DNA from: Nocardioides sp. | Lineage (GTDB): Bacteria; Actinomycetota; Actinomycetes; Propionibacteriales; Nocardioidaceae | NCBI RefSeq assembly: GCF_035547795.1 | Contig: NZ_DASZUF010000181.1 | Span: 2,200-66,199, forward strand | Direction: 5' to 3' | Length of the DNA stretch: 64,000 nt | In this document: one piece after another, positions 1 through 10,170 of the stretch | Layout of the letters: the number at the start of each line of letters is the position of its first letter | Position numbering within the stretch: the stretch's first letter is position 1 | The notes under the pieces: model-generated | The model's database searches: none | Seen by the model: only the letters and a program-made list of their open reading frames with translations | Told to the model about the DNA's origin: nothing | Made by a program: the position numbers and the translations under genes

Positions 1-727
1 CCCGCCAGCCGCGGCGCGCGGCCGGGCGCACGTGCACCAGGCCGACCCCGCCGACCCCGATCCCGCCGACCCTGAGCGGGGCGACCCGGCCCGCGGCCAC
101 GTCCTCCAGACCGGTCGCCACCAGCAGCGGCGTCCCGGCCGACTCCAGCGTCCAGGCGAGCCGCTGCAACTGCCGCGCGGACGGCCCGGGGAGCACGATC
201 ACCGCGTCGACGCTCCCGGCCGCCAGCACCCGGATCACGTCGGTCGGCTCGGCCGGGCAGACGCCGGCCACCTCCAGCCGACCGCGGGCCAGCGCGGCGA
301 GGTCGACCGGCGGCTGCGCCGCGACGACCACCACGCGCAGCCGGCGAGCCAGCCGGCCGCAGGTGAGTCGCCCCACCGCCGATCCGGTCACCGCCACGGC
401 GATCGCGGCCAGCAGCCGGGCCGGGCTGGACGGGATCGCCGTACCCGCGATCCAGCAGCCGGTGACGACCAGCGCGCCGGCGGTCCACACCGGCCGCACC
501 CGTGGCCCGGTCGGGCACCTGTCGTCGCCGAGCACGTGCAGCAGGACCGTCCAGCACAGCGCCAGCGGCAGCGCCAACACCCAGGCGCCGGCGAGTACGG
601 CGGCGGCCAGGCCGGCCACCGTGTCGACGAGTACGGCGGCGGTCCGCTGTGACAGCGGCAGCCGCGAGCGCATCCAGCGACGCCCACGGGTGCGCAGGTG
701 CGGCGGCACCGAGGCCAGCGATGTCAC
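1..727 (-). CDS. Sugar transferase (polyprenyl glycosylphosphotransferase-like), N-terminal part, runs off window edge
   Basis: Not in ORF track; hand translation of the minus strand from GTG 727 (AGGGGG RBS upstream) stays open to base 1: hydrophobic helices, then LQRLAWTLESAGTPLLVATGLEDVAAGRV...LVHVRP, resembling actinobacterial EPS priming transferases. Confidence 0.65.
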   Translation of the reverse strand, partial: MTSLASVPPHLRTRGRRWMRSRLPLSQRTAAVLVDTVAGLAAAVLAGAWVLALPLALCWTVLLHVLGDDRCPTGPRVRPVWTAGALVVTGCWIAGTAIPSSPARLLAAIAVAVTGSAVGRLTCGRLARRLRVVVVAAQPPVDLAALARGRLEVAGVCPAEPTDVIRVLAAGSVDAVIVLPGPSARQLQRLAWTLESAGTPLLVATGLEDVAAGRVAPLRVGGIGVGGVGLVHVRPAARRGWR

Positions 728-887
728 GTGCACACCCCCTCGGCGATTCGCTTGTCACCTGGCGGATCGGGCGCTGGGCCCCGATGAGGCCCAGCGCCGG
801 TCCGAGTTCAACCTAGGGGTGGGTCCGCGGCGACGGCATGCACCAAATCGGGCAAGAAACCGGCGCGGCGCGACTGGTCCAGACCGT

Positions 888-1577
888 CTAGCCGGACGGC
901 CGTCGCCAGCCGACGTGGTGTGCCATCCCGACCGCGGCGATCTGGGAGGAGACCTCCAGCTTGGCCAGGATCGACTTCACCTGGGTGCGCACGGTGGCCT
1001 CCGAGACCACGCTGAGGGTGGCGATGTCGTGCACGGTGTGGCCCTCCATCAGGTGCCCGAGCACCTGGGCCTCGCGCGGGGTGAGCAGCTCCAGCCGGCG
1101 CTCCAGGTCGGCCAGCTCGGACCGCCGCTGGTGCCAGAGCCGAAGCAGCTCCTCGCGCTCCTCGACGTCCATCACCGGCAGTCCGTGGGTGATCCGCCGC
1201 ACGGCCGCCAGGATGTCGTTGAGCGGACGCGACTTCGACAGCACCGTCCGGGCACCGTACCGCAGTGCCTCGCCCCATCGGGGCCGCTCGCTGGAGGCGG
1301 TCACCACCACCACGTTGATCCCGGCCTTGGCCAGCGGCGCGACCATCCGCAGCCCGTCCCCGAACCGGCCCAGGTCGAGGTCCAGGAGCACGATCCGGGG
1401 GTGCTGGCGCACCACCGCGGCGATCATCGTCCCGGGGGCGTTGCCGTTGTCCGGCACCGTCATCCGCCGCACGTCGTACCCCTCGACCGTCAGGGCCAGC
1501 TCGAGGGACTCGGCGAAGAGGACATGGTCCTCCACGATGACGATGCGGATCTGGCTACGCGAGGTGGGCTGGCTCAT
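888..1577 (-). CDS. NarL/LuxR-family response regulator
   Basis: Receiver VIVEDH / VLLDLD / VVTAS / LSKS; C-terminal LTPREAQVL...TVRTQVKSILAKL HTH. Confidence 0.93.
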   Translation of the reverse strand: MSQPTSRSQIRIVIVEDHVLFAESLELALTVEGYDVRRMTVPDNGNAPGTMIAAVVRQHPRIVLLDLDLGRFGDGLRMVAPLAKAGINVVVVTASSERPRWGEALRYGARTVLSKSRPLNDILAAVRRITHGLPVMDVEEREELLRLWHQRRSELADLERRLELLTPREAQVLGHLMEGHTVHDIATLSVVSEATVRTQVKSILAKLEVSSQIAAVGMAHHVGWRRPSG

Positions 1578-3051
1578 CGTCGTCCCGCCTCGCCGCGGGG
1601 AGCCCGACCACGAAGGTCGCGCCGCCGACGTTGCCCTCGCGCAGCCGCAGATAGCCGCCCTGCTTGCGGGTGAGGTCGGCCGCGATGTTGAGACCGATGC
1701 CCTGGCCGCGCGAGCGCGGACCGCGCGCGCCCCACTCGAAGAGCTGGGAGCGCAGCTCGGGAGCCACCCCCGGTCCGGTGTCGGAGACCAGGATCTCGAT
1801 CGCGTCGGCCACCTCCTGGACGGTGACCGACGCCTCCGCGGAGCCGTGCTTGGCGGCGTTGTCGAGCAGGATGTTGAGCACCTCGGCCACGTCGTCGGGC
1901 TGGCCGGTGACCCGCGCCCCGCTCGGCAGCCACTTGATCCGGTTGCCGCGGGCCTCCTGGGCCAACACCAGGTTGCTGATGGTGTGGTCCAGGTCCACGG
2001 TGCGCGGCCGCGGTACGACGAGCGGCTCGTTGAGCAGGCGCTCCAACCGACTGAGCTCGGCGTTGATCATGCCCTCGAGCAGCCGGCGCCGCTCCGCACC
2101 GATCGCCGCGTCGATCTCCGGTGCCGACGCGACCTCCTGATCGGAGGCACCGCCCTGCAACAGCCGGGTGGCCGAGAGGACGCCGGCGATCGTGGAGTTG
2201 ATCTCGTGGATGCGAGCCCGGTCCTTGCGGATGCCTGCCTCCATCTCGTCCAGCCGCACCTGCAGGTCGTCGGCCCGGGCCTGGTCGTCGTTCATCACCT
2301 CGCGGACCAGCGCGACCGATCCGGCGACCAGCAGGATCGCTCCGGCGAGGTCGGCGACGATGGTGACCAGACTGCCGGGCACCGTGCGGGAGGGCCCGTC
2401 GAGGTACGTTGCGACATGCCCGGTGCTGAACAGCGCCACGCTGCCGGCGATGCGCCAGCGTGCCCACAGCGGGATCGTGCGCACGCGGGCCAGGCCCCAG
2501 ATCGGCGGGATGGAGAAGGCCAGCCAGCAGAGCACGATGCCCCACCAGCCGAACATCCACAGATCGACCCGGCCGAAGTCGTTGACCGCCACCAGCCGGC
2601 CCAGCCCGAGCGTCAGCCCGGCCAGGATGCCGATGACCGCCGGCTCGCTGTTGCGCGCGCCGCGGCCGACCGGCACGGCGAGCGCCAGGATCGCCAGCAG
2701 CACGCTGACGTCGGCCATCGCCATCCAGAACGCCTGGCCGGCGGCCTGGTGCGCGTCAGCCAGCTGGAGCCCGGCCATGGTGAGCCCCTGTAGGCCCGCC
2801 ACGGTGGTCCCGGTCGCCAGCCAGGCGAGCGCCGAGCGGCCGCTCAGCTTCCAGCCGAGGTACAGGCACATCGCCGACACCGTGGCGGCGGGTGCGAGTG
2901 CCAGGCCGTCGATGTTCGCGGTGGCCTGGAGCCACCCCTGACCATCTGCCAGCAGCACCGACAGCGACAGCAATGGCGTTGCTGCCACCAGTAGAGCGAA
3001 TGCTGAACATCTCCAGTCCCACAGTTCTGGAGGTATACGTGTAGTTGTCAT
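1555..3051 (-). CDS. Membrane sensor histidine kinase
   Basis: Multiple TM helices, H-box RIHEIN, N-box ILLDNAAKHG, DTGPG and GQGIGL boxes; overlaps the regulator start; ATG 3051 chosen. Confidence 0.9.
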   Translation of the reverse strand: MTTTRIPPELWDWRCSAFALLVAATPLLSLSVLLADGQGWLQATANIDGLALAPAATVSAMCLYLGWKLSGRSALAWLATGTTVAGLQGLTMAGLQLADAHQAAGQAFWMAMADVSVLLAILALAVPVGRGARNSEPAVIGILAGLTLGLGRLVAVNDFGRVDLWMFGWWGIVLCWLAFSIPPIWGLARVRTIPLWARWRIAGSVALFSTGHVATYLDGPSRTVPGSLVTIVADLAGAILLVAGSVALVREVMNDDQARADDLQVRLDEMEAGIRKDRARIHEINSTIAGVLSATRLLQGGASDQEVASAPEIDAAIGAERRRLLEGMINAELSRLERLLNEPLVVPRPRTVDLDHTISNLVLAQEARGNRIKWLPSGARVTGQPDDVAEVLNILLDNAAKHGSAEASVTVQEVADAIEILVSDTGPGVAPELRSQLFEWGARGPRSRGQGIGLNIAADLTRKQGGYLRLREGNVGGATFVVGLPAARRDDDEPAHLA

Positions 3052-3552
3052 TGTGCCCCCGTGCAAAGACCAGCCATGCACAGCAGGGAGCCGTTCCCCC
3101 AAACGCCCCGAGTATCCCCGCGTCCCCCACCAATGAAGAGGCGGTGCCTGGTCGCTTCGTTGTCCGACTCACCGGACCGTAGGCGAACGCGACGACCGCG
3201 TACCCAACAAGGTGGACGCTATACCACATTTGGGCGAGATATCCCCTTATCGACACGCCGCCCGGGGGTGGACTAGTCCGGGGCCCACCGGCCTGGCCCA
3301 GCGCCAGCAAGTGGGGGCGCGGCGGCAGCCGGCACCTGGCACGACGCCGTCTGGGACACACGACGACGCCGCCACCAGGCCGATGGGCGGTCCCGATGGC
3401 GGGACCACTACGAGCATCTGCGCGCCGCTCCCTGCGCGGCAATCCCCAAATGTGGGGGAGATCACCCGGGGTCCTGCCCCGGTTTCACCTGCCGAGCAAG
3501 GATTCAGAGGACGGGAGGGCCGTCGATGACGTGATCGACGTGGGGTGAGGCG

Positions 3553-4245
3553 ATGACAGGCTCACGCCGACGCAGCCGGCTGCGGGTGGCCGTCGCCTCG
3601 GACCAGTCGCTGGTCAGCGACGCCGTCCGGACGGCACTGGCCGAGCGTGGCTTCGAGCCGGTCGTGCTGCGCTGGCCCGGTGAGGTCCTGCCCCGCCCGC
3701 GCCAGCCGGTACGGCGCGGGCCCGTCGACGTCGGCCTGCTCGTCAGCGAGCTCGACCGGCGGGCCCGGATACGCGCCGCCGGGCTGGTGATGCGGCGCGG
3801 CAGCGCGCCGTGGGCGGTGCTCACCGGGGCGCCCCGCGGACCGCTGTGGGGAGCCGCACTGGAGGGCGGCGCCGGCGTCGTACTCTCCAGCGAGACCTCA
3901 CTGGAGGACGTGATCGCGACGCTGCAGCGGCTCGCCCGCGGGCAGACCACCATGCCCGAGGCGGACCAGCGGGTGCTGCGGGCGGCCTGGGACGAACAGC
4001 GCCATCGCGACCAGGTGCTGCGCGAGCGGGCCGGGTCGCTCACCCCGCGGGAACGCGAGGTGCTACTGCTGCTCTACAGCGGCGAGCCGGTCGGCCGGAT
4101 CGCCGCGCTGTTCGACGTCTCTCCCGCGACGGTGCGCAGCCAGGTGAAGTCGGTGCTGCGCAAGCTGGAGGTCAACTCCCAGCTCGCCGCGGTCGCCGCG
4201 GTCAGGGCGCTGCTTGACGACGCCGCCGACGAGGTCAGGAGTTGA
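3553..4245 (+). CDS. LuxR-family regulator with degenerate receiver domain
   Basis: [12 protein letters not shown]...[13 protein letters not shown]; receiver lacks the phospho-Asp and the conserved Lys. Confidence 0.85.
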   Translation: MTGSRRRSRLRVAVASDQSLVSDAVRTALAERGFEPVVLRWPGEVLPRPRQPVRRGPVDVGLLVSELDRRARIRAAGLVMRRGSAPWAVLTGAPRGPLWGAALEGGAGVVLSSETSLEDVIATLQRLARGQTTMPEADQRVLRAAWDEQRHRDQVLRERAGSLTPREREVLLLLYSGEPVGRIAALFDVSPATVRSQVKSVLRKLEVNSQLAAVAAVRALLDDAADEVRS

Positions 4246-4843
4246 ACCGCTGCTGGGTCTTCTCCAGGCCGTCGGTGACCAGCGACTCGACGGCGTCGGC
4301 GGCCGTGTCGACCTGGAACGGCAGCACCTTGCGCTCGGCGCCGGAGTAGTTGGACAGGACGAAGTCGGAGACGTCCTGTCGGCCCGGCGGACGGCCGATT
4401 CCAACCCGCACCCGGTAGAAGTCGCCGGTACCCAGCGAGCCCCGGATCGACTTGAGGCCGTTGTGGCCGTTGTCGCCGCCGCCGAGCTTGACCCGCATCG
4501 TGTCGAACGGGATGTCGAGCTCGTCGTGGATCGCGATGATGTGGTCGGCGGGCACCTTGTAGAAGGTGGCCAGCGCCTTGGTGGGCCCGCCGATCTCGTT
4601 CATGTACGAGCGCGGGCGCGCCAGGACCAGTCGAGGGCCACCCGGCATCAGGCGGCCCTCGATCACGTCGGCGCGGCCGGTCTTGTGGCTCCGCCAGTGC
4701 ACACTTGCGGCTCCGCCGCGGGAGACACCCAGCCGCTTGGCCAGCTCGTCGACCACGAGATAGCCGATGTTGTGGCGGTGCCCGGCGTACGTCGGCCCGG
4801 GGTTGCCCAGGCCGACGACCAGCCAGACGCCGTCCTCGGTCAT
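4235..4843 (-). CDS. pth: Peptidyl-tRNA hydrolase
   Basis: [33 protein letters not shown]. Confidence 0.97.
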   Translation of the reverse strand: MTEDGVWLVVGLGNPGPTYAGHRHNIGYLVVDELAKRLGVSRGGAASVHWRSHKTGRADVIEGRLMPGGPRLVLARPRSYMNEIGGPTKALATFYKVPADHIIAIHDELDIPFDTMRVKLGGGDNGHNGLKSIRGSLGTGDFYRVRVGIGRPPGRQDVSDFVLSNYSGAERKVLPFQVDTAADAVESLVTDGLEKTQQRFNS

Positions 4844-4847
4844 GCGG

Positions 4848-5498
4848 TCACTCGGCCTCGGTCGCCGCGGCGGCCTCGGTCTCGGCCTCCGAAGCCTCGT
4901 GGACGATGCCGGCCTCGGCCTCGGCGGACTCGAGCTCGGCCTCGACCTGGGCCGCGGTCGGCGCGGCGGTCACGTTGACGACCAGGGTGTCGGCGTCGAG
5001 GACCAGCGTGACGCCCTGAGGCAGCGCGATGTCCTTGGCGTGGATCTGGGTGCCGGCCTCGGCGCCCTCGACGCTGATCTCCAGGCCCTCGGGCACGTGG
5101 GTGGCCTCGGCCTCGACCGCGATGGCGGCGTGGTCGGTGACGACCAGCGTGCCGGGGGCAGACTCGCCGACGACGTGCACCGGCACCTCGACGGTGACCT
5201 TCTCGCCCGCCTTCACGGCGACGAAGTCGACGTGCTCGATGACGCGGCGGATGTGGTCGATCTGGACCTGCTTGGTCAGCGCCAGCTGGGTCTTGCCGTC
5301 GATGTCGAGCTCGAGCAGGGCGTTCTGGCCGTGGTGCTTGAGCGCCATCATGGTGTCGTGGCCCGGCAGGGTCACGTGGATCGGCTCGGCGCCGTGGCCG
5401 TAGATGACGGCGGGGATCTTGTTCTCCCGGCGGATCCGGCGCGCCGCGCCCTTGCCGAACTCGGTGCGCTTCTCGGCGGTGATCTTCTCGCTGGACAT
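4848..5498 (-). CDS. rplY: 50S ribosomal protein bL25/Ctc
   Basis: [27 protein letters not shown]; prs-rplY-pth order. Confidence 0.96.
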   Translation of the reverse strand: MSSEKITAEKRTEFGKGAARRIRRENKIPAVIYGHGAEPIHVTLPGHDTMMALKHHGQNALLELDIDGKTQLALTKQVQIDHIRRVIEHVDFVAVKAGEKVTVEVPVHVVGESAPGTLVVTDHAAIAVEAEATHVPEGLEISVEGAEAGTQIHAKDIALPQGVTLVLDADTLVVNVTAAPTAAQVEAELESAEAEAGIVHEASEAETEAAAATEAE

Positions 5499-5637
5499 GG
5501 GTGGCTCCTTCGTCTGTGCATCGGGGCGCCCGGCCGAGAGACCACGAACGCCGCGAGCCCCAGGGCGCGCGGCGTCTCAGCCAGCCCTGTCGATCACGGA
5601 GTCGGTGCTCCCTCGCCGAGGCAACCCGGGAAGTCTA
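5499..5637 (-). promoter_or_regulatory. rplY promoter and structured 5' leader
   Basis: TAGACT -10 (5637-5632), ~125-nt GC-rich leader with hairpins, AAGGAG RBS. Confidence 0.5.
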
Positions 5638-5676
5638 GGGCGTGACCGCGGGCTCGGCGAAATCAGTGACCAGAGA

Positions 5677-6657
5677 CTAGGCGTGGCCGTCGAACATGGA
5701 GGTCACCGAGCCGTCCTCGAAGACCTCGCGGATGGCGCGGGCCAGCATCGGGGCGATGGAGAGCGTCGTGAGCTTGTCGAACTGCTTCTCCACCGGCACC
5801 GGCAGCGTGTTGGTGATGACGACCTCGGCGGCGGGGCTGTTCTTGAGCCGGTCGACGGCCGGGTCGGAGAGGATCGCGTGGGTGGCGGCGATGATCACGC
5901 CGGCGGCGCCCGCTTCCATGATCGCCTCGGCCGCCTTCACGATGGTGCCGCCGGTGTCGATGATGTCGTCGGTCAGCACGCAGACCTTGCCGGCCACCTC
6001 GCCGACGACCCGATTGGCGACGGTCTCGTTGGGCCGCTCGATGTTGCGGGTCTTGTGGATGAACGCCAGCGGTACGCCGCCCAGCCGCGCCGCCCACCGC
6101 TCGGCGACCTTGATCCGGCCGGCATCCGGCGAGACCACGCACAGCTGCTGGTCGCCGTACTTCTGCCCGATGTAGTCGGTCAGCACCGGCAGCGCCATCA
6201 AGTGGTCGACCGGGCCGTCGAAGTAGCCCTGCAGCTGGTCGGCGTGCAGGTCGACCGAGATGATCCGGTCCGCGCCGGCGGTCTTGAACAGGTCGGCGAC
6301 GAGCCGGGCCGAGATCGGCTCGCGGCCCTTGTGCTTCTTGTCCTGGCGGCTGTAGCCCCAGAACGGCATCACCACGGTGATCCGCTTGGCCGAGGCGCGC
6401 TTGAGCGCGTCGACCATGATCAGGTGCTCCATGATCCACTGGTTGATCGGCGCGGTGTGGCTCTGGATCACGAAGCAGTCCGCTCCGCGGACCGACTCCT
6501 GGTAGCGCACGTAGATCTCGGAGTTCGCGAAGTCGTACGCCGAGGTCGGCACCAGTGCGGTGTCAAGGATCCGGCTGACCTCCTCGGCCAGCTCCGGATG
6601 GGCCCGGCCACTGAAGACCATCAGGTGCTTCTCAGTGGTCCGCTTGATGTCCGTCAC
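5677..6657 (-). CDS. prs: Ribose-phosphate pyrophosphokinase
   Basis: YSRQDKK, DLHADQ, VSPDAG, DDIIDTGGT. Confidence 0.97.
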   Translation of the reverse strand: MTDIKRTTEKHLMVFSGRAHPELAEEVSRILDTALVPTSAYDFANSEIYVRYQESVRGADCFVIQSHTAPINQWIMEHLIMVDALKRASAKRITVVMPFWGYSRQDKKHKGREPISARLVADLFKTAGADRIISVDLHADQLQGYFDGPVDHLMALPVLTDYIGQKYGDQQLCVVSPDAGRIKVAERWAARLGGVPLAFIHKTRNIERPNETVANRVVGEVAGKVCVLTDDIIDTGGTIVKAAEAIMEAGAAGVIIAATHAILSDPAVDRLKNSPAAEVVITNTLPVPVEKQFDKLTTLSIAPMLARAIREVFEDGSVTSMFDGHA

Positions 6658-6698
6658 AGGCGCTGCTCCCTGGATGGTGTCCGCCGAAGGGCCTTACG

Positions 6699-8249
6699 TC
6701 AGGATTCTGACCTACCGGGGTCTGCTGCCCCAACCTCGGGTCCCCCGGTGTGAGACGCCTCATGGTCACCCGACTGTTCACCCGGATGTTCATCGGGGGT
6801 CCCCGCGGCGTCCGGTCGGCCGACCACGAGGACGCCGGCCGCACGGGCGGCCTCGGCCGCCGCCGCCTGCGCCGTACCGGCCCGGCGCTCCTGCGCCCAG
6901 CCCTCGAGCAGCCGCTGCGGGCCGGCCGAGAGCGCCATCGCGCCCGGCGGGACGTCCTCGCGCACCAGCGTGCCGGCGCCGGTACCGGCACCGTCGCCGA
7001 CCGTCACCGGAGCCACGAACGTCACGTTGGAGCCGGACTTCACCTGGGCCCCGATGGTGGTGTGGTGCTTGGCGACGCCGTCGTAGTTGGCGAAGATCGT
7101 GCCGGCGCCGATGTTGCTGCCCTCGCCGATGGTGGCGTCGCCGACGTAGGACAGGTGCGGCACCTTCGCGCCATCGCCGATCCGGGCGTTCTTGGTCTCC
7201 ACGAAGCCACCGATCTTGCCGGTGCGGCCCAGCACGGTGCCGGCGCGCAGATGCGCGAACGGACCCACGTCGGCGCCCTCGCCGATCACCGAGAGCAGCG
7301 CCTGGGTGCGCACCACGTGGGCGCCGTCGCCGACCTCGCAGTCGGTGAGCGTGCTGTCCGGGCCGATCCGCGCGCCGCGCCCGATCGACGTCACGCCGAG
7401 CAGCTGCACGCCGGGCTCGATCGTGGTGTCCTGGCCGATCTCGACGTCCACGTGGATCCAGGTGGTGTCCGGGTCGACCACCGTCACGCCCTCGCGCATC
7501 CACCGCTCCACGATCCGGCGGTTGAGCTCCTTGCCCAGCGCGGCGAGCTGGACCCGGTCGTTGGCGCCCTCGGTCTGCAGCCGGTCCTCGAGCAGGAAGG
7601 CGCCGGCGCGCAGCCCGTCCTCGGCGGCGAGTCGGGCCGCCTCGGTCAGGTAGTACTCGCCGCTGGCGTTGGCGTTGCCCAGCCGCGGCAGTGCCGCGGC
7701 GAGGAAGGCCGCGTCGAAGGCCAGGATCCCCGAGTTGATCTCGGTGATCGCCTGCTCCTGCGCGCTGGCGTCCTTCTCCTCGACGATGGCCCGCACGTCG
7801 TCGCCGTCCCGCACGATCCGGCCGTAGCCGCGGGGGTCGGGCACGTCGGCGGTCAGGATGCTGACCGCGCGGCCACCGCCCCGGTGCCGTTCCATGAACC
7901 AGACCAGCGTCTCCCCGGTGAGCAACGGGGTGTCCGCCGTCAGGACGAGGACGTCGCCGCCGACGGTGCCGGCCGCCTCCAGGCCCACCCGGGTGGCGTG
8001 GCCGGTCCCGAGCTGCTCCTCCTGGACGGCCACCTGCACGCCCGGGAAGTGCTCGTGGAGGTGGGCGGTGACCTGCTCGCGGCCGTGGCCGACGACGGCG
8101 ACGACCCGGTCGGCGCCGAGCGCCTCGACCGCGGTGAGGACGTGGCCGACCATGGTGCGCCCGCCGAGGGGGTGCAGCACCTTCGGCAGGCTGGACTTCA
8201 TCCGCTTGCCCTGGCCGGCAGCGAGCACGATCACCGTCAGTTCGCTCAT
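6699..8249 (-). CDS. glmU: Bifunctional UDP-GlcNAc pyrophosphorylase / GlcN-1-P acetyltransferase
   Basis: LAAGQGKRMKS..PKVLH, EQLGTGHA, GEYYLT, hexapeptide repeats, HLSYVGDA, NYDG. Confidence 0.97.
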   Translation of the reverse strand: MSELTVIVLAAGQGKRMKSSLPKVLHPLGGRTMVGHVLTAVEALGADRVVAVVGHGREQVTAHLHEHFPGVQVAVQEEQLGTGHATRVGLEAAGTVGGDVLVLTADTPLLTGETLVWFMERHRGGGRAVSILTADVPDPRGYGRIVRDGDDVRAIVEEKDASAQEQAITEINSGILAFDAAFLAAALPRLGNANASGEYYLTEAARLAAEDGLRAGAFLLEDRLQTEGANDRVQLAALGKELNRRIVERWMREGVTVVDPDTTWIHVDVEIGQDTTIEPGVQLLGVTSIGRGARIGPDSTLTDCEVGDGAHVVRTQALLSVIGEGADVGPFAHLRAGTVLGRTGKIGGFVETKNARIGDGAKVPHLSYVGDATIGEGSNIGAGTIFANYDGVAKHHTTIGAQVKSGSNVTFVAPVTVGDGAGTGAGTLVREDVPPGAMALSAGPQRLLEGWAQERRAGTAQAAAAEAARAAGVLVVGRPDAAGTPDEHPGEQSGDHEASHTGGPEVGAADPGRSES

Positions 8250-8347
8250 GGCACGAGCCTAGGTGCTTGCGGCCGGTCGGGCGCCACGGCCTGTCCGGAG
8301 GAGCTCGCGGGCGCATCAACCCCGCCGCCGCGGGTAAGCGGTGGGAC

Positions 8348-10108
8348 ATGACCGACCCCATCGGCCGCCGCATCGTGGCCGACCTCAGGCGCTGGTGGCG
8401 CGAGACGCCGGCGGTGTCGAGCCTGGCCGTACTGCGCTGGACCAACGGCAGCCTCTACCTGTTCGGAGGCCTCACCCTGGTGCCCGGCAACCTGCTCCTG
8501 ACCTCGCCCGGGGTGGACCACGTCGGCATCGGGATCGTCAGCGCGGGGGTGATCGCGATCGGCGTGCTGATCTTCGCCTGCGGGCACCTGATCCCGCGCC
8601 GGGGCTACCACGCGCTCGCCGTGCTCGCGACCCTGATCATCTCCGCCCTGGTGCTGATGGGCGGGCACGGCTCGGCCTCGGTGGCGCTGGGGTCGCCGTA
8701 CATCTTCGTGGTGGTCAACTCCATGCTCGTCTTCGCCCTGCGCGAGGCGCTCGCCGAGGTGATCTTCGCCGAGGTCGCCTGCGCGGTCGCGATGTCGCGC
8801 AGCAGCATCGCCGCAGGCGCCATCGTGATCATCGAGGGCTGCACCGTCGGGATGGCGGTGGTGGCCGCCTGGCTGGCGCGGCTGTCCGACGCTGCCGAGG
8901 AGGACCCGCTCACCCTGCTGCTGAACCGGCGCGGCTTCACCCGCCGCCTCCAGACCGCCCTGCGCGAGGCCGACCAGGGCGGCGGTGGGCTCGCCGTCAC
9001 CCTGCTCGACGTGGACTGGTTCAAGGAGGTCAACGACCTCCACGGCCACCCACACGGCGACCAGGCCCTGATCGCGTGCGCCCAGGCCTGGTCGCGACTG
9101 GTGCCTCCGGGCGCCTGCCTGAGCCGGTACGGCGGCGACGAGTTCGCGCTGCTGCTCCCGGGCCAGCCGCTGGGTCGGGCGGCCGATCTCGCCGACGCGC
9201 TGCGCGCCGCGACCCCGCCGGGGCTGACCGTCTCGGCCGGGGTGGCCGCCTGGGAGCGGGGCGACTCCGGCTCGGTGCTGATGGGCCGGGCCGACGTCGC
9301 GCTCTACCAGGCCAAGACCTCGGGTCGGGACCGGACCTCGGTCTACGGCGACCCCGAGCGGGCCGCGAGCGCCCTGGAGGCGGCGATCGAGCGCGGTGAG
9401 CTGTGCCTGCTCTACCAGCCGGTCGTCAACCTGGCGAGCGGCGACGTGGCCGGCTACGAGGCGCTGGTCCGGTGGCGGCGACCGGATCGCGGGCTGCTGG
9501 GCCCGCATGAGTTCATCCCGGACGCCGAGCGGACCGGCGCGATCCACTCCCTGGGCTCCTGGCTGCTGCACGAGGTGTGTGCCTTCGTCTCGACCGAGGA
9601 CCACGGCTTCACCATCGGCGTCAACGCCTCGCCGGTCGAGCTGCGCACCCCCGACTACGCGCAGATGGTTCGCGAGTGCCTGGAGACCCACGGCGTACCC
9701 GGACGACGGATCGTGCTCGAGGTCACCGAGGGCGCCTTCGACGGCGACGACGGCCAGATCGTGGCCAACCTGCGTGCGCTGCGCGGACTGGGCATCCGGG
9801 TCGCGATCGATGACTTCGGCGCCGGCTACTCCTCGCTACGACGCCTGGACAGCCTGCCCATCGACGTGCTCAAGGTCGACGGGGCGCTGATCAGGTCGGT
9901 GCGCGAGGACCAGGAGGAGGCGCCGGTGCTGGAGGCGATCGCCGCGATGGGCCGCGCGCTCGGCCTACGCCTGGTCGCCGAGCACGTGGAGACCCGCCAC
10001 CAGGCCGACCTCCTGCGTCGGCTCGGCTACGAGCGGGCCCAGGGCTACCTGTTCGGTCGCCCCGCACCACCTGAGCTCCCCGGGCAGGAGTCGAACCTGC
10101 GTCGCTAG
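8348..10108 (+). CDS. Membrane-bound GGDEF-EAL diguanylate cyclase/phosphodiesterase
   Basis: TM N-terminus, DPLTLLLNRR, YGGDEF, YEALVRW, DDFGAGYSS, QGYLF. Confidence 0.93.
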   Translation: MTDPIGRRIVADLRRWWRETPAVSSLAVLRWTNGSLYLFGGLTLVPGNLLLTSPGVDHVGIGIVSAGVIAIGVLIFACGHLIPRRGYHALAVLATLIISALVLMGGHGSASVALGSPYIFVVVNSMLVFALREALAEVIFAEVACAVAMSRSSIAAGAIVIIEGCTVGMAVVAAWLARLSDAAEEDPLTLLLNRRGFTRRLQTALREADQGGGGLAVTLLDVDWFKEVNDLHGHPHGDQALIACAQAWSRLVPPGACLSRYGGDEFALLLPGQPLGRAADLADALRAATPPGLTVSAGVAAWERGDSGSVLMGRADVALYQAKTSGRDRTSVYGDPERAASALEAAIERGELCLLYQPVVNLASGDVAGYEALVRWRRPDRGLLGPHEFIPDAERTGAIHSLGSWLLHEVCAFVSTEDHGFTIGVNASPVELRTPDYAQMVRECLETHGVPGRRIVLEVTEGAFDGDDGQIVANLRALRGLGIRVAIDDFGAGYSSLRRLDSLPIDVLKVDGALIRSVREDQEEAPVLEAIAAMGRALGLRLVAEHVETRHQADLLRRLGYERAQGYLFGRPAPPELPGQESNLRR

Positions 10109-10154
10109 TCCTGATTCAAAGTCAGGCGGGCCCTACCGGCAGACCAACCGGGGA
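10076..10154 (-). tRNA. tRNA-Gln(UUG), atypical
   Basis: TCCCCGG/CCGGGGA acceptor with U1-A72, CCTGA-CTTTGAA-TCAGG anticodon arm, GCAGG-TTCGACT-CCTGC T arm; usual position upstream of glmU. Confidence 0.85.
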
Positions 10155-10170
10155 TCGCGGGACAAGACTG

